DNA from: a virus | Lineage: Duplodnaviria; Caudoviricetes | IMG/VR virus record: IMGVR_UViG_3300033120_000387 | Span: 1-64,000 of that record | Length of the DNA stretch: 64,000 nt | Direction: 5' to 3' (one strand) | Shown here: positions 56,079-64,000 of the stretch, in pieces | Numbering within the stretch: position 1 is the first letter of the stretch | Layout: each line of letters opens with the position of its first letter | Notes under the pieces: generated by a model | The model's database searches: none | Told to the model about the DNA's origin: nothing | What the model saw: only the letters and a program-made list of their open reading frames with translations | Program-made: the position numbers and the translations under genes

Positions 56079-58286
56079 TCATTGAATCTTCCCATTTAAT
56101 AACTCCTTTAACATTGTCTGTCTATTTTCATCACCTAAACTATTAATTGCATCTTTAATAGTTTCAATATCCCCTATTTCAATCAAGCATTGTTCTTGCC
56201 TAGTTTGTGCCGTGTATAATAACTGTCTGTTTAAAGATGACTTATGTTGAGGTAATACTAAATTAATAATATATTTACATGAACTACCTTGAAATTTAAA
56301 GGGGTTTGTGGCATATGATAATAATAAATTATAACACTTTATTTTACTAAACACGATAATTTCTTCATCAATTTGTGCATTTAACACCTTATCATCAATA
56401 GATAATACTTTGCCTATTTGACCATTAAATATAGATGTTTTAGGTATTTCTTCTTCAGTAACATCTTCATCCCACATAAAATTATATGAATCTAATGAAA
56501 TAGCGCTATAGTCATTTCTTATATTCATTATTAAATCACCTTTTCTAAAAACAATATCTGTTTTATCTTGTTTAGATTTCATAATATTTTCATTAGGTTT
56601 AGGTGGATTAATTTCTAATTGGATAAGATTATTAATGTTGGTTGCTCCAAAATCATATTTATTGTAAGGACTAAGAATACATATATCTTCTTTTTTAATA
56701 CCTTTGTTAATTAAGCTCATATAAGTATCAACGATTTGGTCTACAGTGCCATCCGATTTGATAAAAGTATAATCTTTGTCTTTGCCCAGTATTACTTTAT
56801 CTTGTTCACATTGCTCGTCAGTAAGATAAAATTTACCTTGTCTTGTTAATGTAGATACATAACTCGCTCCTCCATCTAAAAACCTAAAACAATGAGTTAA
56901 GGTACAAGTAGGTACGCTAGGACTTTCTAGTAAATCTTTAGCAATACGACCTATACCAAGACTTGGTATCTGACATGAATCGCCTACAAAAAATACTCTT
57001 ATATCTTCATTTTTAATGGCATTTATAATCATCATCATTAAATCAATAGATAGCATTGAGTATTCGTCTACAATTAATACATCTTCATATATTGAGCCAC
57101 TCATTGTCTTTCTATGAATTGTACTTGCAGGTCTGCCAGTTTGTTCAGTCATTCGTGCTGATGCCTTGCCTGTAAATGCTAGACAACAATATGAGTAATT
57201 ATATTCGTCACAAGCATCCAAAATCGCTCTTAAAACTGATGATTTGCCTGTACCACTTGGAGCATCTAATACGCAAAAACTATGTTCGCAAAATGTTCTT
57301 AATACATTAGATTGTTCCTCTGTTAGAGTGCCATCTTTAATCTCTGTAAATTTGTGCCAATCCCAATCGAGTTTATTAGATTTAGCCAATTTATTTTTAA
57401 TAAAATCAGCAATCCTAACCTCAGCCAAATATGTTCCTAACTTTGCTATATTCTTACTCTTATCATCATAGTAAATCAACTCACTTTTAATAGCTACTTC
57501 TTTTAATTTCTTAGTCAAGTTCCTATCAACCTCAGCTGTATATTGAGCCATAACATTTGCGTTCATATATGTACTGCCATCATATTCATTTCTAGTCAAT
57601 ACATCAAGCATTAAAAACTCTGTTCTTTGGTCTGACTCTAATAAATCTGGTCGAACCTCTTTTAATATTTTATCAGCTCTATCAAATGATTTTCCACATA
57701 CCTTAATTAAGGCGAAATAAGGCTTTTCTTCGAGTAATTTATTGACTTTTTCGACTGTTGGATATAACTTACATAACTCTTTACAATCCTTTAATTCAAG
57801 CTCATATTGTCTATTTTTCTCTATGATATAATAGTATTTAAATTTCTCGTTAATTAACCTACAAAATAAGGCATGGCGAACTTCTTTAACACCTTTGATT
57901 TTTTTAAGGTCAATGTCATCTTGCTCACCTTGTAAAATCATACGAACATAATTCGGATATGATTTGTTTATTTGTTCAGCTAAATCAGGTGATGTAATCT
58001 CATATAATATTTCTCGCTCCATTTCGTCTGTGATAGATTTAATGTCATCAATTTGCATAGATGGAACAGATTTGAGGATATAGGATTTATTGCCCTTAAA
58101 TTCGGTTTCTTCTATTTCAACGGTATATTCTTTGCCTTCGGATAATATAAGCATTGAATCCTTTATGCTAAAGTTTCCGTATTTATTTAATATTATTTGG
58201 TCATTATTGTCAAGTGGTATACATCCTAAAATTTGATAATTAGAACATTTAAATACTTCTTTAATGACCTTACATTTTAGTTTCAT
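56079..58286 (-). CDS. recD2: RecD2-like SF1B helicase
   Basis: APSGTGKS, AFTGKA, STIHR, IVDEYSM, GDSCQ, FQGS, LLYTAQTR. Confidence 0.9.
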   Translation of the reverse strand: MKLKCKVIKEVFKCSNYQILGCIPLDNNDQIILNKYGNFSIKDSMLILSEGKEYTVEIEETEFKGNKSYILKSVPSMQIDDIKSITDEMEREILYEITSPDLAEQINKSYPNYVRMILQGEQDDIDLKKIKGVKEVRHALFCRLINEKFKYYYIIEKNRQYELELKDCKELCKLYPTVEKVNKLLEEKPYFALIKVCGKSFDRADKILKEVRPDLLESDQRTEFLMLDVLTRNEYDGSTYMNANVMAQYTAEVDRNLTKKLKEVAIKSELIYYDDKSKNIAKLGTYLAEVRIADFIKNKLAKSNKLDWDWHKFTEIKDGTLTEEQSNVLRTFCEHSFCVLDAPSGTGKSSVLRAILDACDEYNYSYCCLAFTGKASARMTEQTGRPASTIHRKTMSGSIYEDVLIVDEYSMLSIDLMMMIINAIKNEDIRVFFVGDSCQIPSLGIGRIAKDLLESPSVPTCTLTHCFRFLDGGASYVSTLTRQGKFYLTDEQCEQDKVILGKDKDYTFIKSDGTVDQIVDTYMSLINKGIKKEDICILSPYNKYDFGATNINNLIQLEINPPKPNENIMKSKQDKTDIVFRKGDLIMNIRNDYSAISLDSYNFMWDEDVTEEEIPKTSIFNGQIGKVLSIDDKVLNAQIDEEIIVFSKIKCYNLLLSYATNPFKFQGSSCKYIINLVLPQHKSSLNRQLLYTAQTRQEQCLIEIGDIETIKDAINSLGDENRQTMLKELLNGKIQ

Positions 58287-58494
58287 TTATTCCTCCAATC
58301 TTTAAAAAATTCTTCTGCCCTATATTTATCACATATTATATCTTCAACTATTTGATATAAATAAAGGCAAAATATAACCTAAACATATAATTAATAGAAT
58401 TTTCATTATTCCCCTCCTATATTTCTATCGAACCAATTTATCCAATATACTTCTTTATGATGTAACATTTTAAAAACCTCCTTTAATAATATAT

Positions 58495-58523
58495 ATTATA
58501 CTACATAAAAGAGGTTTTGTCAA
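58495..58523 (-). promoter_or_regulatory. sigma-A promoter nested in an IR that covers the downstream SD
   Basis: TTGACA 58523-58518, 17 nt, TATAAT 58500-58495; IR AAAACCTC 58473-58480 / GAGGTTTT 58511-58518. Confidence 0.8.
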
Positions 58524-58535
58524 GGGAAACTTTGT

Positions 58536-59489
58536 TTAATTTTTATACTCCTTTGGTAAAAAACTAAATATATGTGCTATGACGTCCACAGTCCAACCAT
58601 TTCCAATAGTGCTAAATCTTTTGGTGTCACTTATGCCAGAAGTATATCCAATTGGTAATGTTTGTAGTATTTCAGCTTCTGTTACTGTTATTTTTCTAAT
58701 TTTGTTATTTTTATCTTTTATTAAACAAAATGAATTTCCACATCTAAGAGTTGGTGTTTTTTTTATTCCTACTTTATTATCTTGCCAACCACTTGTGCAA
58801 TTTAATTGTTGTATTATTTTATTGCTATGTATTATTTTTCCATATTGTTCAATTACATTATTTCTAACACAAGGCTTAAATGGTTGTATTTTTCCGTCTA
58901 TTTCTATATTCTCAAGAATTTCCTGTAAAATAATATGTTTATCTTTTGGTTGATGAACATTAGGAATATTTGTCCAATACAATCTTTCTCTGTGTTGCCC
59001 TGAAACTAAAGCGCTATCAATTAAAAATGGCTCAACTTTAAGAATATTTGTAATAATGTTTTCCCATTTTTTAGCCATTTTAACATTTTCGAGAAGAAAA
59101 TATTTTGGTTTTATTTCTTTTAAAAGTCTTGCATATTCCCAAAATAAATACGAAAATCCATCAAACTCAAATTTGTTTTCTTTTAATTCTAAATATTGTT
59201 CTAAAGTTGTCACTTGTATATTATCTTTTGTGCTTGCTCCATTCATTTTTCCAGCAAAAGAAAAATTTTGGCACGGACTTCCACCTATTACAATATCAAT
59301 GTCTTTAAAATCATCACCTTTAATGTTTCTAACATCACCAATTTGTTCTATGTCATTCCAATTTTTTTGACTAATTTTAATTGCATTTGGTTCAACTTCA
59401 CTTGCAAAATATTTTTCTATTTTAATTCCTGCCCTTTCAAATGCAATTCTGCCACAGCTAATTCCATCAAATAAACTTAAAACTATCAT
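58536..59489 (-). CDS. C5 DNA cytosine methyltransferase (orphan)
   Basis: LSLFDG, GGSPCQ, LLENV, QHRER, QTLP, GNGW. Confidence 0.93.
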   Translation of the reverse strand: MIVLSLFDGISCGRIAFERAGIKIEKYFASEVEPNAIKISQKNWNDIEQIGDVRNIKGDDFKDIDIVIGGSPCQNFSFAGKMNGASTKDNIQVTTLEQYLELKENKFEFDGFSYLFWEYARLLKEIKPKYFLLENVKMAKKWENIITNILKVEPFLIDSALVSGQHRERLYWTNIPNVHQPKDKHIILQEILENIEIDGKIQPFKPCVRNNVIEQYGKIIHSNKIIQQLNCTSGWQDNKVGIKKTPTLRCGNSFCLIKDKNNKIRKITVTEAEILQTLPIGYTSGISDTKRFSTIGNGWTVDVIAHIFSFLPKEYKN

Positions 59490-59519
59490 ATTTTTATTCT
59501 CCTTTTGATATTATTTTTT

Positions 59520-59831
59520 CTATTCATCCTTGTCAACCCCATATCTTTCTAATTTCAAATCTAATGTTCCATCTTCGTTAGGCATATTTTTAAAATGAAA
59601 CCCTTTATGCGTTTTTCTTTCTCCTCTGCATACTGCTCCTATATGTGATGACCAAAATTTTATATTATATATATTTGACATATCTATAACACATTTAGAA
59701 TAAGAAGAATATATTCTATTTGTTTCTACACAAAGTACACCTTTACTATTTAATATTGCATTATGGTCTATAGTGTTGTTTACATTAGTAGAAGGGTCAT
59801 ATTTATATTCTTTACCCATTCTCTTTTTCAA
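59520..59831 (-). CDS. NUMOD1-like homing-endonuclease remnant ending in a DnaE-like C-terminus
   Basis: GVLCVETNRIYSS...IGAVCRGERKTHKGFHF, then EDGTLDLKLER. Confidence 0.65.
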   Translation of the reverse strand: MKKRMGKEYKYDPSTNVNNTIDHNAILNSKGVLCVETNRIYSSYSKCVIDMSNIYNIKFWSSHIGAVCRGERKTHKGFHFKNMPNEDGTLDLKLERYGVDKDE

Positions 59832-62800
59832 TCCTTTCTAATTGAAGTTCTAAAGTTTTATCTTCTTTTATTTGTAAGACTCTTATTATACTATGTTGAA
59901 AAGGAGTATCTTTATAATTTTTTACAAAAAAAGCATCATCTCTCCTATATCCACAAGCTAAAATTATGTTCCCTCTAGTAAAGTAATTTTCATCTTTTAC
60001 ATTACCATTTGTAATAGTTTGTTTATAGAATCCAAATTGTCCTTGTGGAATATTTAAGGTCACAACGTCTAAGTCAGGTGTAAGAATATCTACTAAATGG
60101 TTTTGGTCATTTCTATCTAACACAGTACCACAAATACGACTAATATCATATTGTTTCCATTTTCTTTTTTTATTCTTAGACATTTTCTCAATAAATCTAG
60201 GCTCTTCTGGCAGTTTATTAAATGACGTGATATTGTACTTAGTCAAATCAACATCATCAAGTTCATGTCTACCATTGTGATAGAATGATGTGCTGTCCAT
60301 AGACCACTTATCAACATCTTCGACCTTAACCATATCTATATACTGTTTTTGCAACATTTTAGTGTTAAAATCATTTAATACATCTTGACTAGATAAACAC
60401 TCTTTTAACCCGTCTAAATCTTTTTTCATAGCCTTTTCAAGTGATTTATCCACTATAATAAGCATATCATCTACATAGTAGTAATCTACTTCCTCTTTCA
60501 TTGAATCAATGTAATGTTTCTCTAAATATGGTCTAGCAAATTTTGGCTCACATATATAGTGTTTTTTAGACTTGAATTTAGGGTCTTGACAATATAAATA
60601 TTCTTTGCTTAGTACATATTGCTTGAACTTGTAGGCACGAATTAATTCAAGTGGTAAATTGACATTTAACTCAATACATTGTGCCATGTTTTGCATATTA
60701 AGAGATTCTTTTTTAGGATGCTCATATACACATAACCACTTCATCAAAGCAATACGATTAGTATTAAATGTATCAAAACAACCTGCTTGAATTAGTTTGA
60801 TAAATTTTGACTTGGTTATAAGAGTTTCTTCTTTTAATTTTGTATAATCATAGAACTGTTTAAACGATGTATAAGGTCTGCCCTCGACAATCTCCCTAGC
60901 AATGTCTTGATTAATCCCACTAATACCACCTAGACCAAATAGGATTGTGTTGTTTTGTTCATTGGGAGTGAATGATACATCAGAAATATTAATATCGGGT
61001 GGTAATACAGGCACACCAAAGTTGATACTTCTATATATAGCCTTTGCAATCTTACCATAATCAGTAGTTTTTTTACTTGTTTCCTCTTCTTCACTTACAC
61101 CTGCGTTAACTGATAAAGCTGAACAATTCCAATAACAAGTAGGATAAAAATGATATAAATTCATCTCTTGTAGTGCCTCAGCGGAATAAGGCTTTACATG
61201 GTTTCTACTAAATGAATAAGCAAGTTGAGGCTTAATACACTCTTCCCATACATAGTTTGCTATATTAATAGAATTATTATTGTCTATTACATATTTATAG
61301 AATTTATTTTTTAATTCCTCTACATCTTCACTTTTTTTCTTAGCTACAATCTTTCTCATTTTATCAGCGTCTACTAAGGTAAAATTACTAATCTCAGGTC
61401 GCATGGATAATTCCATAATATCTTCTTGTGTATTAGCTACTCCATAATTAGGTAACAACACTTCTTCAAGAGCTTTAATTTCACTTGGATTGGTAATACC
61501 ATATTCCTTTAATTCATCATACCATAAAGATATATCTAACTTATATCTTAAAAATTTGTCAATAGGCTGTTCTCCATCTTTGACAGAAATACGCATTAGG
61601 GAGTTAGCATTAGCCATCTCATTAAGAGTATGAGGTTGAATCTTTTTAATACAAGCCCCTCCTACTGGTGTAATAAATTGGAATAAGTCAATGATTTGTC
61701 CATTAGAACATTCATCCCACATATCTTGATTGGTATAATTTAATACATCAGGATGAAGATATTTATTATATGTCTCTCTAATAGTAGATTGCAATTCAAT
61801 TCGACCACCTTTAGGAAGATATTCTAATAAACACATTTCTAGCTTATCTTGACATTCTGTTGTTAAACTATCATATTTTAATCCACCTGCATAATCACTA
61901 TCAGACATTTCCCATGCTGTAACTTCATCACCTCTAGGCGTTTTCATCTTAGAGTTTTGTTTGATATATCCGTCTTTAAATATGTATATGCCACTTGCAT
62001 GAAGTGAGAGACCACTTACGAGACCTTCAATCATTTCAATGGTATGTTTTAAATCTACACTATATTCAGTAGATAGTCGATATACTTCATCGACAAACTC
62101 TGTAACAGATTTACGCTCTTTATCTTTATTTCCATTAAAACAATCGTTAATAGACCATTGTTTCCCTCTTTCAACAGGAACTAAAGAAGCTAAATAGTCT
62201 CCTTCATCATTAGTCATTCCTAATCCTCTACAAGCCGTTTTACAAGCTGATTTAGAGGTTTCTGTTCGGAACGTGCAAATATTAAGAATATTATCTTTAC
62301 CAAATACTTCTTGTAGTCTTTTTACTATTTTAGGTCTGTTTCTAGCACTTGTATCTAAATCTACATCTGGAAATGATACACGAGAACTGTTCAAATGTCT
62401 ATAAGCTGGTAAATTCCATTTAATAGGATTCATTTGGTGTATATCAATAAGATACATTGTATAATATCCTGTTACACTACCTCTGCTAATTCCTACAAAA
62501 CCAATCTCCCAACATAAATCAACAATATAATCTACTAGATTATAATAAGCTGACATTCTATCGTTTAGTGCTTCCGATACTTTCCATAGTTCATTTAACT
62601 CCCAATTAATACGCATAACATTTTCTTCATTAAACTCTTGTTTTTTTTCTAAAAATCCTACCTCAATCATATAAAGCAAATATTTATCTTGTATAAAATC
62701 ACTATAAGCAAAATTACAAATTCCCTCACATTGACTATACCACTCTTTGAATATATGCTTTACATTAAAACACTCATTAGACAAATCACGCTCTGGAATA

Positions 62801-63729
62801 ATGGTAGTATGTTCCATGTCAATAAACTCAACATCTTTAGTAAAATTATATGAATTTTCTATGATTTGGTTAAAATACTCCTTGTTCATATAATCCTTTA
62901 CATATTCCCACATTTCTTCCAATGACATAAGATAAGTGGTAGAATAGAAATCTCCCAACTCTCTTTCTTCAGAATCTCGACTTGTTAAAAATACTTGATG
63001 AACCAATCTATCTTCTTTTTTTAAATAATGTGTGTCATTAGTAATAATAAGAGGGATGTTATATGCTTTACTTAATGTCATAAGGAATTTATTATAATCT
63101 ATTTGGTCTTGCTGGCATGATGGCTGAATCTCAAATACAATATTATCCTTGCCAAAAATACCAATCATCCATGTAACGAACTCATGTATTTTTTGTTTAT
63201 ATTGAGTATCATTAGTTGATAAATAGTTTAAGATGTGTTGAGCTAACTCTGAGCCAAGACAAGCAGTTGAACATAAAATATTTCCTTTATTGTCTCCTAT
63301 AATATCTTCAATTTGTTGTTTATCAATAGGTGTTCTGACCATTTTTCCTGTTTTAAAACTGTTATCCCATGCAGTGGAGTCAATCATTCGTAATTGCTCA
63401 TACCCAAGAGAATTTTTAGCAATGAAAATCAGATGCCAAAATTTTGTTACTCCTCCACCAACATAATTTTCTTTAATATCTATGTGGTCATCAATAACAT
63501 ATTCTTCTACTCCCAACCCTAATGTAAAATCAATACCTTTTTCCTTTAACTCTTTTACATATTGAATGGCTTGAATATGAGCACTAACTGAACTATGGTC
63601 AGTAATAGATATTCCTTTATATCCTAATTCTATTGCTCGGTCTATTAAAGGTTTTACTTTACATATACAGTCTAACATACGCAAATTTGAGCCTTTATCT
63701 GTATGATTGTGGTTTGATATATAATCCAT
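59812..63729 (-). CDS. dnaE: DNA polymerase III alpha subunit (family C)
   Basis: PHP domain HNHT, ITDH, TNDTHY; SRGS; FPDVDLD; HASG; YSFSRNH; PPDIN. Confidence 0.95.
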   Translation of the reverse strand: MDYISNHNHTDKGSNLRMLDCICKVKPLIDRAIELGYKGISITDHSSVSAHIQAIQYVKELKEKGIDFTLGLGVEEYVIDDHIDIKENYVGGGVTKFWHLIFIAKNSLGYEQLRMIDSTAWDNSFKTGKMVRTPIDKQQIEDIIGDNKGNILCSTACLGSELAQHILNYLSTNDTQYKQKIHEFVTWMIGIFGKDNIVFEIQPSCQQDQIDYNKFLMTLSKAYNIPLIITNDTHYLKKEDRLVHQVFLTSRDSEERELGDFYSTTYLMSLEEMWEYVKDYMNKEYFNQIIENSYNFTKDVEFIDMEHTTIIPERDLSNECFNVKHIFKEWYSQCEGICNFAYSDFIQDKYLLYMIEVGFLEKKQEFNEENVMRINWELNELWKVSEALNDRMSAYYNLVDYIVDLCWEIGFVGISRGSVTGYYTMYLIDIHQMNPIKWNLPAYRHLNSSRVSFPDVDLDTSARNRPKIVKRLQEVFGKDNILNICTFRTETSKSACKTACRGLGMTNDEGDYLASLVPVERGKQWSINDCFNGNKDKERKSVTEFVDEVYRLSTEYSVDLKHTIEMIEGLVSGLSLHASGIYIFKDGYIKQNSKMKTPRGDEVTAWEMSDSDYAGGLKYDSLTTECQDKLEMCLLEYLPKGGRIELQSTIRETYNKYLHPDVLNYTNQDMWDECSNGQIIDLFQFITPVGGACIKKIQPHTLNEMANANSLMRISVKDGEQPIDKFLRYKLDISLWYDELKEYGITNPSEIKALEEVLLPNYGVANTQEDIMELSMRPEISNFTLVDADKMRKIVAKKKSEDVEELKNKFYKYVIDNNNSINIANYVWEECIKPQLAYSFSRNHVKPYSAEALQEMNLYHFYPTCYWNCSALSVNAGVSEEEETSKKTTDYGKIAKAIYRSINFGVPVLPPDINISDVSFTPNEQNNTILFGLGGISGINQDIAREIVEGRPYTSFKQFYDYTKLKEETLITKSKFIKLIQAGCFDTFNTNRIALMKWLCVYEHPKKESLNMQNMAQCIELNVNLPLELIRAYKFKQYVLSKEYLYCQDPKFKSKKHYICEPKFARPYLEKHYIDSMKEEVDYYYVDDMLIIVDKSLEKAMKKDLDGLKECLSSQDVLNDFNTKMLQKQYIDMVKVEDVDKWSMDSTSFYHNGRHELDDVDLTKYNITSFNKLPEEPRFIEKMSKNKKRKWKQYDISRICGTVLDRNDQNHLVDILTPDLDVVTLNIPQGQFGFYKQTITNGNVKDENYFTRGNIILACGYRRDDAFFVKNYKDTPFQHSIIRVLQIKEDKTLELQLERIEKENG

Positions 63730-63731
63730 AC

Positions 63732-64000
63732 CTACTCCTTTCTAATTATATTATAATCTTCATCATAACACCACAATCCACAATCTTTTAATCTTTGTTC
63801 TTCAATATCTACATATTCTTGAGATAATTCAAAGCCTATAAATTTGCGATTGTTTAGTAATGCCATTTTATGTGTTGTGCCACTACCACTAAATATATCC
63901 ATAACTATATCACCTTCATTAGACCATGAGATGATGTGGTCATTGGCTAGTTGTTCTGGAAACATAGCTGGATGCTGAAAAGCATCTTTGTCCTTTGTTG
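63732..64000 (-). CDS. N4-C/N6-A DNA methyltransferase, 3' part (gene starts beyond the window)
   Basis: HPAMFPEQL...GDIVMDIFSGSGTT...FIGFE. Confidence 0.85.
   Translation of the reverse strand, partial: TKDKDAFQHPAMFPEQLANDHIISWSNEGDIVMDIFSGSGTTHKMALLNNRKFIGFELSQEYVDIEEQRLKDCGLWCYDEDYNIIRKE

Larger units (their letters stand above)
1..64000. mobile_element. Segment of a large SPbeta-like tailed phage genome (no host genes or att site seen in the window)
   Basis: YonO-like RNAP, HU, terminase, portal, protease, capsid, tail, tape measure and lysis genes in order; opposite-strand DnaE/NrdD/RecD2 block; tRNA cluster. Confidence 0.97.

Noticed and set aside
59812-63729. Intein or intron in DnaE (also checked NrdD and terminase)
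   Set aside because: No C...HN-C/S/T splice junctions or LAGLIDADG motifs noticed; conserved motifs are contiguous.
1-64000. Stop-codon reassignment
   Set aside because: Long genes are intact in code 11, TAA, TAG and TGA all end genes, and no CTA/TCA/TTA anticodon tRNA was found.

Overview
The whole window is part of an AT-rich tailed-phage genome (Firmicutes, probably Clostridia host, judged from the Shine-Dalgarno sites and sigma-A promoters) with SPbeta-like organisation. 1-7.9 kb (minus strand): early genes, including NUMOD1/HNH endonucleases, a Gam-like protein, a dNMP kinase and a misplaced tail-fibre-like gene. 8.3-50.1 kb (plus strand): a YonO-type single-subunit RNA polymerase, two HU-like genes, terminase, ten tRNA genes behind four tandem consensus promoters, portal/head/tail genes, an orphan MazF/PemK, RuvC, tape measure, baseplate and fibre genes, an Avd-less diversity-generating retroelement (VR 46088-46231, TR 46261-46404, RT) and a lysis module. 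50.2-64 kb (minus strand): nucleotide metabolism and replication genes (dUTPase, deoxynucleotidase, Ntn-hydrolase, NrdG/NrdD/glutaredoxin, sigma factor, RecD2, C5 methylase, DnaE, N4/N6 methylase). The most interesting signal is a second adhesin-like gene about 41 kb from the DGR. It shares the N-terminal module of the DGR target, but that module is joined to its start codon only through a -1 shift at a G6 tract, suggesting a switchable alternative tail tip alongside DGR diversification. All calls come from motif recognition and manual alignment; no database searches were run.
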